From positions 2,641-66,640 of the IMG/VR virus record IMGVR_UViG_3300028582_000237: 64,000 bases of DNA; one strand, written 5' to 3'. Below the pieces are notes generated by a model. The model was not told where the DNA came from. It ran no database searches and was given only the letters and a program-made list of their open reading frames with translations. Below, piece by piece: positions 36,865 through 46,110 of the stretch. Numbering within the stretch: position 1 is the first letter of the stretch; every line of letters starts with the position of its first letter. The translations under genes and the position numbers were made by a program. This DNA comes from a virus. Its lineage: Duplodnaviria > Caudoviricetes.

Positions 36865-37756
36865 TTTTTAATATTGTGTTAATTTCTTGAAATTTACTCA
36901 CGATTAAAGCAGGTGTCATATTGTCCCTATACCAGGACTCCTGTATTTGTACGCAAGCTTCAAAATAAATCCTCATGTCATTTTTCGTTTCCTCGGCCGA
37001 TTTAGGAGAAGCTTTGTTTTTTTGTTTATAAAATCCTAAAAGCTTGCCTATAGCCTTCCGCTCCTTCCCTTTGTTCATGATTTCAAAAGGCATTTCCATA
37101 TTTTTTTCATATTCTTCGCAAAACAATGCTAAAATTTCATCGATAAAATCTTGGTGAGGGGATTCCGATTCTTCGGAATCAATTTCTCTTTTACTTCTTT
37201 CTTTTCCTTTACTTTCATTTCTTTTCTTTTGCGGCTCACCGCTATCTAAATCTACTGTTTCCGGTTCTGGAACTACTGTTTCCGATTCTACAACAATGTT
37301 TTTAGAATCTAAATTATTTTCAAATAGATCAGGTTCTTTACTGTTTATATCAATTTTCAATTTTGACCATGCCGGGACATCGGGTTTTATTAATAAATAT
37401 TCTTTTGTGAGACTTATTGAAGTTCTTTTAACAGATGCATCAATGTATCTCTTCTGAATTCCTGATGAAGATAGTATTTTATATTTATCATAGAGTTCCT
37501 TACTGAAAATATCCTTATTAAATGCAAAATTGAGCATATCTATAAACTGACTATCCTCTATTCTGTTTTCAGCACAAAAAAGCAGTTTTTCATCTTCACC
37601 CCATTTACAATAATATCCCTCTTTATAAATTTCCTGATAAAGTGAGACTAAAAATCCTACACCAGTTAATCCATATTTAGCTTTAAATATTATTACCTTC
37701 TTATCCCAGGTAACATCCTGCGAATAATATTCAAGGCCTGTTTTTCTTCTTCCCAT
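36737..37756 (-). CDS. Replication initiator, DUF4373/Lin1244-like
   Basis: GL.YYS.DV..D.K......KYG..G......L..EIY.EGYY, FS..LY.KY.ILSS.GIQKRY, followed by a low-complexity linker. Confidence 0.85.
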   Translation of the reverse strand: MGRRKTGLEYYSQDVTWDKKVIIFKAKYGLTGVGFLVSLYQEIYKEGYYCKWGEDEKLLFCAENRIEDSQFIDMLNFAFNKDIFSKELYDKYKILSSSGIQKRYIDASVKRTSISLTKEYLLIKPDVPAWSKLKIDINSKEPDLFENNLDSKNIVVESETVVPEPETVDLDSGEPQKKRNESKGKERSKREIDSEESESPHQDFIDEILALFCEEYEKNMEMPFEIMNKGKERKAIGKLLGFYKQKNKASPKSAEETKNDMRIYFEACVQIQESWYRDNMTPALIVSKFQEINTILKNERKNGSKGGINTGRKSAATAEGILNSLNKHFNLTSTEGDHG

Positions 37757-37801
37757 AATTCCAGTAGTTAGTTATTTTGTTTTAAAATGTCTTCACCCTT
37801 T

Positions 37802-38013
37802 TTAATTATTTACTGTACTGAGTGTTTTTTCTTTAACCAAATTTGAAATTAATTCTGATTGCTGCTTAACGAGTATTTGTAGATCATGAACAGATTTCTC
37901 AAGATTTGATATTTTCTCTGCAGTAAGATTAAAATAATGCTGAATAAATCCGGGAAGTTAGTTTCTATGATACTTTTTGCTTTATTAAGCTTTTTTTCTA
38001 TTTCCTTACCCAT
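37802..38013 (-). pseudogene. Small coiled-coil gene apparently split by a 1-nt frameshift
   Basis: SD GGAGG plus ATG at 38013 (MGKEIEKKLNKAKSIIETNF); a different frame continues GFIQHYFNLTAEKISNLEKSVHDLQILVKQQSELISNL...*; the span is 212 nt, one base short of 71 codons, with the shift at TTCCCGGA. Confidence 0.5.
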
Positions 38014-38023
38014 TTTTCCCTCC

Positions 38024-38380
38024 CTAAAATAAATTTATTTGGTATGTATCTAATTCTTGTTCAATGTTCTGTTTAATAAATTTCTTTGCCTTTATCCGGT
38101 CATTATCTGTGGCAAAGTTTATTTCCCCAGCGTTAATCTTTTTAGTTGCTTCTTCAATTAATCTAATATTATTTATCTGCTTTCTGTATTTATATATCAG
38201 ATATAATCCATAATCTCTCTGTTTTTGTGAAATTAGAGATTCTTCACTTTCTATAAGGCCATTCATATTTACGATAAAAGATTTTGCTGAGTTTCCCAGT
38301 CCGGTATTAACATTCATTAATACCTTGAATATTTCTTTATCTTTATCATTAAACAAAAATCTTTTAGCCTCTTTATCCAT
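38024..38380 (-). CDS. Hypothetical protein with C-terminal QINLF motif
   Basis: Coupled to the upstream gene (TAATG). Confidence 0.6.
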   Translation of the reverse strand: MDKEAKRFLFNDKDKEIFKVLMNVNTGLGNSAKSFIVNMNGLIESEESLISQKQRDYGLYLIYKYRKQINNIRLIEEATKKINAGEINFATDNDRIKAKKFIKQNIEQELDTYQINLF

Positions 38381-38817
38381 TATAATCTATCTCCAAAACT
38401 TAACTGCTCCTGAAATTGAGATTCTTTTTTTGATTCAAAGTATACCTCATTTATTAACCTCTTCAGCGATTTACCGGAACCGCCTGCCAGTTGTTGTAAG
38501 ATGCTGCCGGCTCTATGGCTTTCCTGGGCAACGAACTTATTCCATTCATCTTCATTAGCTGCCAAATAAATACCCTTCTGGCTGTGTACGATACGTATTC
38601 CATGTACCCTTGCATCTTCAGATAGTTTTCTAACTATTCTCCGGAATGTGTCCTTTGAAATCAAATATTTAGGGTCATTATATTGAATATCATATGCCTG
38701 AAGCGCTTTTACATATCTTTTATACAATTCTTCCTGCAAAAGGGCATTCTTTTCCCCTGTTGGAAGCATTTTTATAAAATGCTTATAATGAGTTAAATAA
38801 GTTTCTATTGTTTCCAT
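38380..38817 (-). CDS. Winged-helix-like protein
   Basis: R..RR.V..L......I.HS.KG.Y.A...DE pattern; C-terminal QLSF. Confidence 0.55.
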   Translation of the reverse strand: METIETYLTHYKHFIKMLPTGEKNALLQEELYKRYVKALQAYDIQYNDPKYLISKDTFRRIVRKLSEDARVHGIRIVHSQKGIYLAANEDEWNKFVAQESHRAGSILQQLAGGSGKSLKRLINEVYFESKKESQFQEQLSFGDRL

Positions 38818-38843
38818 ATATAAGCCCTTATATGTTAACTTAA

Positions 38844-40580
38844 TTAAAAATCTTTTATTTCGGAAGACAATTTTATTTGTCCGGAAAATCTTTCTATTAA
38901 ACCAAGAGTCGATAATTTGGATAAGTATGTATTAAAGCTACCTGATAATTGATATCCTGTTGATTTAGCAAGTTCGGCCGTTGAAAAGCTTCTTTCCGGA
39001 TTATCAAGTAAAACCTGGTATATCAGCTTTGCTCCTTTCCCTAGTTTTTCCAGCCATTTACTTTTATCAAAAAGGCTGGGATCAATCTCATCATTGAGTG
39101 CGTTTTTTATATTTAATAAATAATCTTTATTTAATGAAATCATTCCCTGTTCGCGCATAATTAAACCTGCACTTGATAAACCGCTTAAATGAGTGTTAAA
39201 GCTGCCGCTCCTCGGGGCATAGCCTGTCATTATTCCCACCTGGATTTGTGTAAATTTTCTTAGAGGTTGCAAGGCAAGAAAAGCCAATATTAGTTTTTGA
39301 GCCTTGCCTAATTTCTGTATCTTCTCTATAGGCTCTCCAATAGGTTTAACCAAATTATTGATTCTATTCCCGCCTATTTCTTTATGATGACCTATTAGTT
39401 CATCCAATGGAATATCAGATTTCTGTATTGGCCTGTTTTGTCTAAGATCGGGTGTGACCAAAGGGAGGTCATTCGAACTTATTTCAAGAGCTTTTTTCCT
39501 ATTTTGCAACCTGATCGAGTATTCTTTATACCTGTTAATTCCTGAATTATGAAGTTCATGCATGATTTTTAATAAATCTTCAATTATATCTTCTAAAAGA
39601 ATTGCTTCTTCTTCCATGCTTTTATTTTCAGAAGTTAAGGATTGGATTTCCAATTTAAGCCGTTTTAATTCAGGTTGAAGTGCAGCATTTATTTTTAATT
39701 CCTTTATCTCCTTTTGCAAACTCTCAATAGTTTCTTTTTCCTTCTCAGCTTCCTCCGGGATATCCCTGAAATTTGCCAGTACTGCTTTTATTGATTCCGA
39801 GGGTTCGGAAGGTTTTATGGCCCTCATTCCGGCTTTCGGGTGCATTGTTTTTACAGAATTAACCTTTATTTTCTGAACATCTTTTGATACTGCCGGCCCA
39901 AATACGTAGAATTCACCTGCAGCAAGTTCACGCAACGATAAAACTTCCTGCTTTGTTAACATTCCAAGTTCCTCAGCAGCCCTTTTCCTGTCTATATCAA
40001 GTCCTGCTCTGCCTATAAACTTATTATTACATTCGGCCGCTGCGTCCTTATGAAGCTTTGAGAGTCTCTGCGTTGCTAATATTGTATTATATCCTCGCTT
40101 CCTTCCGCGGGAAAGCAGGTTAATAACTGCATTGCTGCTTTCAGCCTGCCCTTTTTCCGGGCAAAACAGGTGTGCTTCATCAATAATAATCTGTGTAGGT
40201 TTCCATAAATCTTTCGGTAAAGAAATAAGTTCGTCCAAAAATTTCTTTACAAATAGGCGCTTATGTAGAGGATCTAATTCATATAGATCGATTATTGCAG
40301 AGTAATTTGTCTCAAGTAATTTCCTGCAGAGTTTTTCGGCATATTTAAGGTTTATTTTAATATCACCTTCCTGCCCTATCAGGATGAAATTCTTATATTT
40401 CTCTCTGATAGTGCCAAATTCTCCCTCTACATCAAAGATAATTGTTGGTATTAAATCCGCTGTTTCTTCGATAATTCGTCTTAAAAGCCATGATTTCCCT
40501 CCTCCGGAATTAGCCTGAATAAGAGCTTTTGTTTCATTAAGGACTAACAAATCTATTTTCACGCCTATATCAATTTGCAT
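38844..40580 (-). CDS. HerA/FtsK-like (DUF87) P-loop ATPase with two C-terminal winged-helix repeats
   Basis: QANSGGGKSWLLR, FDVEGEF, IIDEAH.FCP, GRKRG...ATQR.SKL; repeated KLGK...LI...L......T......TGY...GSFNT.LS.L...GLI. Confidence 0.85.
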   Translation of the reverse strand: MQIDIGVKIDLLVLNETKALIQANSGGGKSWLLRRIIEETADLIPTIIFDVEGEFGTIREKYKNFILIGQEGDIKINLKYAEKLCRKLLETNYSAIIDLYELDPLHKRLFVKKFLDELISLPKDLWKPTQIIIDEAHLFCPEKGQAESSNAVINLLSRGRKRGYNTILATQRLSKLHKDAAAECNNKFIGRAGLDIDRKRAAEELGMLTKQEVLSLRELAAGEFYVFGPAVSKDVQKIKVNSVKTMHPKAGMRAIKPSEPSESIKAVLANFRDIPEEAEKEKETIESLQKEIKELKINAALQPELKRLKLEIQSLTSENKSMEEEAILLEDIIEDLLKIMHELHNSGINRYKEYSIRLQNRKKALEISSNDLPLVTPDLRQNRPIQKSDIPLDELIGHHKEIGGNRINNLVKPIGEPIEKIQKLGKAQKLILAFLALQPLRKFTQIQVGIMTGYAPRSGSFNTHLSGLSSAGLIMREQGMISLNKDYLLNIKNALNDEIDPSLFDKSKWLEKLGKGAKLIYQVLLDNPERSFSTAELAKSTGYQLSGSFNTYLSKLSTLGLIERFSGQIKLSSEIKDF

Positions 40581-40581
40581 A

Positions 40582-40791
40582 TTATTCCTTTAAGCTTTTC
40601 CAATTATTTAATATAGTTGTTAATGTGCGGCATATCCCCCTGTACCAAAAACTAAAAGGATTACAATCTTTTATGAAATCTTCTTTCCTTTCAAATCCTC
40701 CGGAATGAAGCTTCCCGAATACACATAAATATTGTATTATTAGTAATCCAATGCCCCAAATGATTAAAATAGTTGAAATATCATTGCCCAT
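40582..40791 (-). CDS. Small membrane protein
   Basis: N-terminal hydrophobic helix; SD AGGA. Confidence 0.5.
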   Translation of the reverse strand: MGNDISTILIIWGIGLLIIQYLCVFGKLHSGGFERKEDFIKDCNPFSFWYRGICRTLTTILNNWKSLKE

Positions 40792-40945
40792 TATATATTC
40801 CTGTCCATTTAAGTATTTTAATGATGGTTATCAGGAAGCCAAAAAGCATGGTTAAAATAGCATATATTGCTAATCCACCTGATAATTCTATTTTTATTTC
40901 GCTTATATATTTTAATATTTTATTCAATTGTATCATCCTTCCTTT

Positions 40946-41362
40946 TTAGCAAGATATTTTTCTCCATATGAATGGCAATGGCTTATCCATTATCCATAGA
41001 TGCCTCATGTTTGAAACATTCACCAAATTCTTTTCTGCCGGATAAACTTCTACTGCATCGTAATTGCTAAATCCAACAGAATTCTTTATCATCTGCAGTT
41101 CGTCCCATGTAATACCATCAACCCAGTTACCATTATTATCAATTTCTGTTCTATTTATAGATAACCTGGTATATCCTTCAAAGGTGAATATTTGTACTAA
41201 AAAACTTTTGTTTCTAAAAGCCTTAACCGGCGCGTTAACCATATTTGCTGTATAGTAACTTACTGGGAGTTCCTTAAACTCCGTACTAAATTGCCTGTTT
41301 TGTTCCAAAAGGAATTTCTTTTTGGCCTTTATTTCTTTATTGGTTATTGATAAGGTATTCAA
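40946..41362 (-). CDS. Conserved phage protein
   Basis: RLSI.R......ITWDELQ.IK..VG......VEVYP....VN..NMRHLW motif. Confidence 0.75.
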   Translation of the reverse strand: MNTLSITNKEIKAKKKFLLEQNRQFSTEFKELPVSYYTANMVNAPVKAFRNKSFLVQIFTFEGYTRLSINRTEIDNNGNWVDGITWDELQMIKNSVGFSNYDAVEVYPAEKNLVNVSNMRHLWIMDKPLPFIWRKISC

Positions 41363-41363
41363 T

Positions 41364-42212
41364 TTAGATACCTTTTTTCTTTAATATAAACCGATTTGAA
41401 GATAATCCTTCTTCAGGAGATAATACTTTTTTGCTTCCTTTTAATATCATCTCATATGCATTATATATCCTTAAACAGAAATCAATATAGTTCTCATTAT
41501 CTTCGCTCCTTATTTCTATCTCCCATGATGAATAATAATATTTATGATTTTTCATCTCCTCATAATCATCCTTACAACCATAGGAAATTCTATAAACGAA
41601 ATGTTCCCTATGTATTATCATCTCTTTTGATAATATCCAAATGGCATCCTTGTGATAAGAATTAGCAGAAAAAAATAATTTATTGTTTATCTCTCCATTT
41701 TTCCCCTTTTCAGTAAAGAGTATTTCTTTTATTTCATCGAAAGTTGAAAATGCTAATATTGGAATTGAAGCTCGGTTTCTGTAATAGTTCAATCCTTCAA
41801 TGTAGCTTTCCTCAAATAATTCAAATTGCCTACGCCATTCTTTAAGATTAAAATGATTATGATTCACCCATAAATTTTGTGCATGAAATGGGTCAACTGA
41901 AAATAGTGCTTCCTGGTAATATTTATCTATACGCCATGTGTCATCTGAAAGCGAAAGTTTAATGGGATATCCTTTCTTCATAATCCATTGACATAATGAA
42001 ATAAAATAATCATCATCATATTTACTTATAAACCTAAAATTATCGCGAAATAGGTCTACTAATCTTATTTTTGTATTTCTTCTAAACGGCCTTTTTGTAG
42101 AACCTTGTTTGCAATTAAAATTATTTCTATATGCATAATATGCTGCGCCAATACTCATTCTTGTTTCCTTTTTAATAATTCTTTCTCTTTTCCCTTTATT
42201 ATATTTCTGCAT
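41364..42212 (-). CDS. Hypothetical protein
   Basis: 282-aa ORF, co-oriented; start may be the internal MSIGAA. Confidence 0.6.
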   Translation of the reverse strand: MQKYNKGKRERIIKKETRMSIGAAYYAYRNNFNCKQGSTKRPFRRNTKIRLVDLFRDNFRFISKYDDDYFISLCQWIMKKGYPIKLSLSDDTWRIDKYYQEALFSVDPFHAQNLWVNHNHFNLKEWRRQFELFEESYIEGLNYYRNRASIPILAFSTFDEIKEILFTEKGKNGEINNKLFFSANSYHKDAIWILSKEMIIHREHFVYRISYGCKDDYEEMKNHKYYYSSWEIEIRSEDNENYIDFCLRIYNAYEMILKGSKKVLSPEEGLSSNRFILKKKGI

Positions 42213-42361
42213 CTATCTGAACAAGTAAATAATCTGTCATTATTATATTCCACCTCCAACTTGCCATACCATTGCCAACCTTCCTGCCAGACTGTCGTTT
42301 TTGTTCCGCATATATCACATTCATAATAAGGCTGTAATTCATTTTTATTTAGCAATTTCAT
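42155..42361 (-). CDS. Small zinc-finger protein
   Basis: CDICG...CSDRC. Confidence 0.5.
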   Translation of the reverse strand: MKLLNKNELQPYYECDICGTKTTVWQEGWQWYGKLEVEYNNDRLFTCSDRCRNIIKGKEKELLKRKQE

Positions 42362-42377
42362 ATGTCAGAAATCTTTT

Positions 42378-42665
42378 TCATTGATCGCTTCCCAATCTTA
42401 GCATTTTGACCATTGCATCATATCTCATATTAAACTCTTTTGCAGTGCAAGGTTCTACATAATTCATCCCATAATAATTACTAACAAAGGTTAACCGGCT
42501 GATCAAATAAATCCCGATATTATTGGTTCTGCCTCTGCGCATCTCCATAGAAGGATTTATGCATACCTGCAGCACTGTATCTGAATCAAAAGAAACTTGA
42601 AAATATCTTTCACCCAGATATTCTTTGCGTTCCTTTTTTATTTTATAAAACTGATAATTTCTCAT
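42378..42665 (-). CDS. Hypothetical protein
   Basis: 95-aa co-oriented ORF. Confidence 0.55.
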   Translation of the reverse strand: MRNYQFYKIKKERKEYLGERYFQVSFDSDTVLQVCINPSMEMRRGRTNNIGIYLISRLTFVSNYYGMNYVEPCTAKEFNMRYDAMVKMLRLGSDQ

Positions 42666-42802
42666 TTAGTATCCCTGCTTGTCAATAATTTTATTATTAC
42701 TAGCCCAGCTGATCGGCTTCTTCCTTTGTGTAATAACATCTTACCCAGAACCTGTTATCGCTTCCATTTTTATGGATTATCAACCTTTCAGAGGATATTT
42801 TT

Positions 42803-43315
42803 CTACTTTATCCATTTCATTTCTCCTTCAAATGCTTTTCCATATTGCTTTTTATAAACAGCATTGAAGTCCCACAAAGACAAAGCACCTTTAATCTCAA
42901 TCGGATCAATTAACCTGGTATTATTCTTAAGCAAAATTCCATATCTGCCTGCGGTATAATCTCCAAAACTATACTCTGGCTCCGGCGGTGGTTTTATTAC
43001 TGAATTTTGCTCATATAAGATTTCCTGTAGAGTGTTTTCTGGTATACAAGGAATGATTTCTTTCCAATCTTTTATTTCAGCCTTTCCTATTAAAAAACCC
43101 AGCTTAAAATCTTTATGGCTGCTTATTCCACATTTTTGCAAGGTACTGGAAAAAGGTTCTTTGTTGCATAAATCTTTAGCCCAGTTTGGAAACCCTTTTG
43201 CAGCATGTATACCAACTTCGCCCCTATAATTACTGTACCAGGAGCGCGTTTCAATCATTTTGAATAGCCATATAATTAAAGTGGCAAATGGTTCTGTTAC
43301 TGTTAAAACCTTCAT
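42803..43315 (-). CDS. ASCH-domain protein
   Basis: KVLTV.EPFATLI....K.IETRSW...YRG...IHA.K, G..IG, KGAL.LW. Confidence 0.9.
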   Translation of the reverse strand: MKVLTVTEPFATLIIWLFKMIETRSWYSNYRGEVGIHAAKGFPNWAKDLCNKEPFSSTLQKCGISSHKDFKLGFLIGKAEIKDWKEIIPCIPENTLQEILYEQNSVIKPPPEPEYSFGDYTAGRYGILLKNNTRLIDPIEIKGALSLWDFNAVYKKQYGKAFEGEMKWIK

Positions 43316-44058
43316 TTTATTATTAAATCCTTAAAAGTTTCAAGAAATTTATTTTGAGCTACTTTTGGGGGCCATCCCTCAATTACAATATCAAGAGGTA
43401 AACTATTATTAGTTTCCCATTTTAGTTTATTAGAAAAGAGTTGTTCCTGTTCCGTTACCAGCAGCCTTTTGTCAACAATTTTTACTATTTCAGGCTCTGG
43501 CTCGGTAAGGTTAAATACATTATAAATCATTTTTGAAAGAACGTCTTCGGCATCCCGATAAAACCCCATTTTTTTATTTTTCTTGATAGGGCTGGCAATA
43601 TCACATATATAAGCTTCGCTCGCATCATGCAATAGCCCATATAGTGAATTTATAGATCTGAAATGTTCCTGTATCTCTCTGGCACATAGAACCGAATGCT
43701 CTGCTACAGAATAAAAACTATTACAATGGCCAGTAAATCGGCAGATATTAGATAATGCATGCGCTATATCAATTATTTTAATTTCCTCTGGTCTCGGGTC
43801 CAGGGGGAAGAAACTAATTCCGGTATATGTTTGTATGGAGTTTCCTTTTCTGATAATAAATTCCTTATTATCGTCAGGTGATATTATCATTTCACGGTTA
43901 TTGTCATCTTTAATTACATAATCATTACCGCCAGCCCATGTAAGTTTGTAACAATTGTTTTTTGTGAACTTATAATAATGTCCGTTTATTGTTTCTTTCA
44001 CAACCGCATATAAGTCCCCATTAACTGCTTCAAATATCATATCACATGGATGCATCAT
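43312..44058 (-). CDS. HD-domain 5'-deoxynucleotidase-like (YfbR/YfdR) protein with N-terminal extension
   Basis: IQTYTG..F.P.DP.P..I.I.DIAHALS..CRF.GH....YSVAEHS, LLHDASEAY..DI..P.K. Confidence 0.9.
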   Translation of the reverse strand: MMHPCDMIFEAVNGDLYAVVKETINGHYYKFTKNNCYKLTWAGGNDYVIKDDNNREMIISPDDNKEFIIRKGNSIQTYTGISFFPLDPRPEEIKIIDIAHALSNICRFTGHCNSFYSVAEHSVLCAREIQEHFRSINSLYGLLHDASEAYICDIASPIKKNKKMGFYRDAEDVLSKMIYNVFNLTEPEPEIVKIVDKRLLVTEQEQLFSNKLKWETNNSLPLDIVIEGWPPKVAQNKFLETFKDLIIK

Positions 44059-44061
44059 AGT

Positions 44062-44418
44062 TTATTTTTTCTCCAACTCGTTATTTCCAAGTTCTTTCAA
44101 TATTAGGATTTCTATTCCTATTTGTTTTAGTAATGCTGACATAACGGCTTCTTGCTCGGTGGCTCCTCTGCCCCTCCTAACTAACATTTCGTCTGCGAAA
44201 TATTCAACAAATCCAGACTTAATAACTTTTTTATCAGCCTTTAATTTCTCACACATTTTGTCCTCCAATTCCTTAAGCTGGTTCCAGTCTCCTTCCGGGT
44301 CGAATTCGATAAGAGTCCATGAATCGTTTTTGAATACCTTTATTTGTGTAGAGGAATATTCCTGCCAATTTAGTTCTGCCCATTCAGCTATTCTAACCAA
44401 TTGCTCTTTATTTAACAT
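44062..44418 (-). CDS. Phage ABA-sandwich-like protein, paralog 3
   Basis: IEFDPEGDWNQLKELEDKMC; G.G.TE.EA...A. Confidence 0.55.
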   Translation of the reverse strand: MLNKEQLVRIAEWAELNWQEYSSTQIKVFKNDSWTLIEFDPEGDWNQLKELEDKMCEKLKADKKVIKSGFVEYFADEMLVRRGRGATEQEAVMSALLKQIGIEILILKELGNNELEKK

Positions 44419-44420
44419 TT

Positions 44421-44645
44421 TTAATCCTCCGAATGCGCAATTTTTAATATTTTATCAATAGCCTGATTTGATGCGCCAGCCTCAATAAGATAATCTGCAA
44501 TAATGGCATCTGGTAAAGGCTCACCTGATTCCTGAACAAAAAAGTCCATTTCAAAAAGCCAGTGGTTTAAAGCTTCATTATCACCTATGCATTTCATCAG
44601 GATTTCGGCTTCCTCTGAATAAGTCATTTCCTTTGTTTTACTCAT
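44421..44645 (-). CDS. Hypothetical small protein
   Basis: Acidic helical 74-aa ORF in a tightly packed run. Confidence 0.5.
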   Translation of the reverse strand: MSKTKEMTYSEEAEILMKCIGDNEALNHWLFEMDFFVQESGEPLPDAIIADYLIEAGASNQAIDKILKIAHSED

Positions 44646-44856
44646 CTTTTACCTCCTCATTATCCGAAAGCAAATTCATGGTATCTAAGCAAATAGCATT
44701 AATTTTCTTGCCACAATAAGGACAATAAACAAATTGGCTATCTTCTACATACGAACAATCATCAAAATAAAATGCATGATTGCAATCTGTTATATGATGT
44801 TCACCATCAAATTGCCAATCGCAAGTTTCTTTTTGGTTATTTTTTAGTTCATTCAC
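44638..44856 (-). CDS. Small zinc-ribbon protein
   Basis: C.W......T.C.H.F......F.YCPYCGKKI. Confidence 0.7.
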   Translation of the reverse strand: MNELKNNQKETCDWQFDGEHHITDCNHAFYFDDCSYVEDSQFVYCPYCGKKINAICLDTMNLLSDNEEVKDE

Positions 44857-45130
44857 TTAATATTTCCTTATATTTTTTTAGAAATTCTTCGGCTTTTTTA
44901 AGTTTTTCTTTTACATGATCAAGCTTTGTTTGCGCATCACGAACCTCCTTTTCAAATTCGGAAATAGCCCACATGATTGCTTCGTAAGATGAATCAGTAT
45001 AACGATCATATTTCCCACATTTCCAATGATTCTTTCCGTTAATATTAACCATTGATATTGACGCACTCTGAGCTTCAACCTTCTCAAGTTTAATTTCGCC
45101 TGTAATAATTGAACATTTATAGTATATCAT
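44849..45130 (-). CDS. Hypothetical protein
   Basis: Beta-rich N-terminus plus C-terminal coiled coil; coupled overlaps. Confidence 0.55.
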   Translation of the reverse strand: MIYYKCSIITGEIKLEKVEAQSASISMVNINGKNHWKCGKYDRYTDSSYEAIMWAISEFEKEVRDAQTKLDHVKEKLKKAEEFLKKYKEILSE

Positions 45131-45471
45131 TTTTTATCCTTCACATATTTTAATATTGCCATTATTGTATTCTCACCAGAAGCTTTTACAACACTCTCAG
45201 GTGTCGCATAATTTACCCATTCAATCGTACCATCAGGATTAAACATTGTACTTTTTATTAAAGGCTGGTGTAATTCAATGATAAATTTGTTTTCCAGTAT
45301 CCCTCTCTGAATTAAATCTTCTTCTGGATCAAATTCATCTTTAATATCAAAATCATTCATCCCTATAATACCTTCGTTCACCTGTATGGTATTGTCACTT
45401 GAAATGGAATATTCCATACCGGTGAATTGAACCAGTAAAAGTTTATCTTCAAATGTTAGTTTTGCGTCCAT
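45127..45471 (-). CDS. Phage ABA-sandwich-like protein, divergent paralog 2
   Basis: EFDPEEDL.Q...LE.K; ASGENTIMAILK; start set at MDAKL. Confidence 0.45.
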   Translation of the reverse strand: MDAKLTFEDKLLLVQFTGMEYSISSDNTIQVNEGIIGMNDFDIKDEFDPEEDLIQRGILENKFIIELHQPLIKSTMFNPDGTIEWVNYATPESVVKASGENTIMAILKYVKDKK

Positions 45472-45823
45472 TGTTTTGCCTTTCAATATGTTTAATAACA
45501 GCATCAATTATAGCTTCCTTTTCATTATCTCCTGAACCTCCGGCTTTAGCATCTTTGAATTTTCCGAAATAGTAATCTTTATAAATCCTGCCATATACCC
45601 CTTTTGATATATTTATATTGTCTATTTTTAACTCATTGCACATCTTTTCCTCAAGTGCCTTTGTCTGGTTCCAATCTATTTCGGGTTGGAACTCTATTAA
45701 TTTCATATTATATCCAGGTGACCATTGGATACTTCCATTATCCCATATCTTAGCCCCTATGCCAGTTTCTTCATTTACTGCAGCCCATTTAGCTATCTCA
45801 ATTAACCGTTTATCCATTGTCAT
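45449..45823 (-). CDS. Phage ABA-sandwich-like protein, paralog 1
   Basis: IEFQPEIDWNQTKALEEKMC; GSGDNEKEAI..A. Confidence 0.55.
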   Translation of the reverse strand: MTMDKRLIEIAKWAAVNEETGIGAKIWDNGSIQWSPGYNMKLIEFQPEIDWNQTKALEEKMCNELKIDNINISKGVYGRIYKDYYFGKFKDAKAGGSGDNEKEAIIDAVIKHIERQNNGRKTNI

Positions 45824-46110
45824 AATTCTCCCCGATTATAGATAAGATTGAAAACTTGTTTTGGGCTGCTACGCTTAATTTTTGATATCTTGAATACGTA
45901 TAAGCGGGTTAATCTTATATACCTGGTAATAGGGAAAGATTTAACTTTTTTTATAGAACTGCTTTTTGTTAACTGTCCGTAAGCTGCGGCACCCAATTGC
46001 TTTCTTAAAAGTATATTATGACGATGTATCATAAAAGTATAAAGTATGAATTTAGTTACCAGCCATATGACTAGGATAAAAACCAACAATGCACGTGCAT
46101 CAAGTATCAT
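45820..46110 (-). CDS. Small membrane-anchored protein
   Basis: N-terminal hydrophobic helix, basic C-terminus; coupled overlaps. Confidence 0.45.
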   Translation of the reverse strand: MILDARALLVFILVIWLVTKFILYTFMIHRHNILLRKQLGAAAYGQLTKSSSIKKVKSFPITRYIRLTRLYVFKISKIKRSSPKQVFNLIYNRGEL

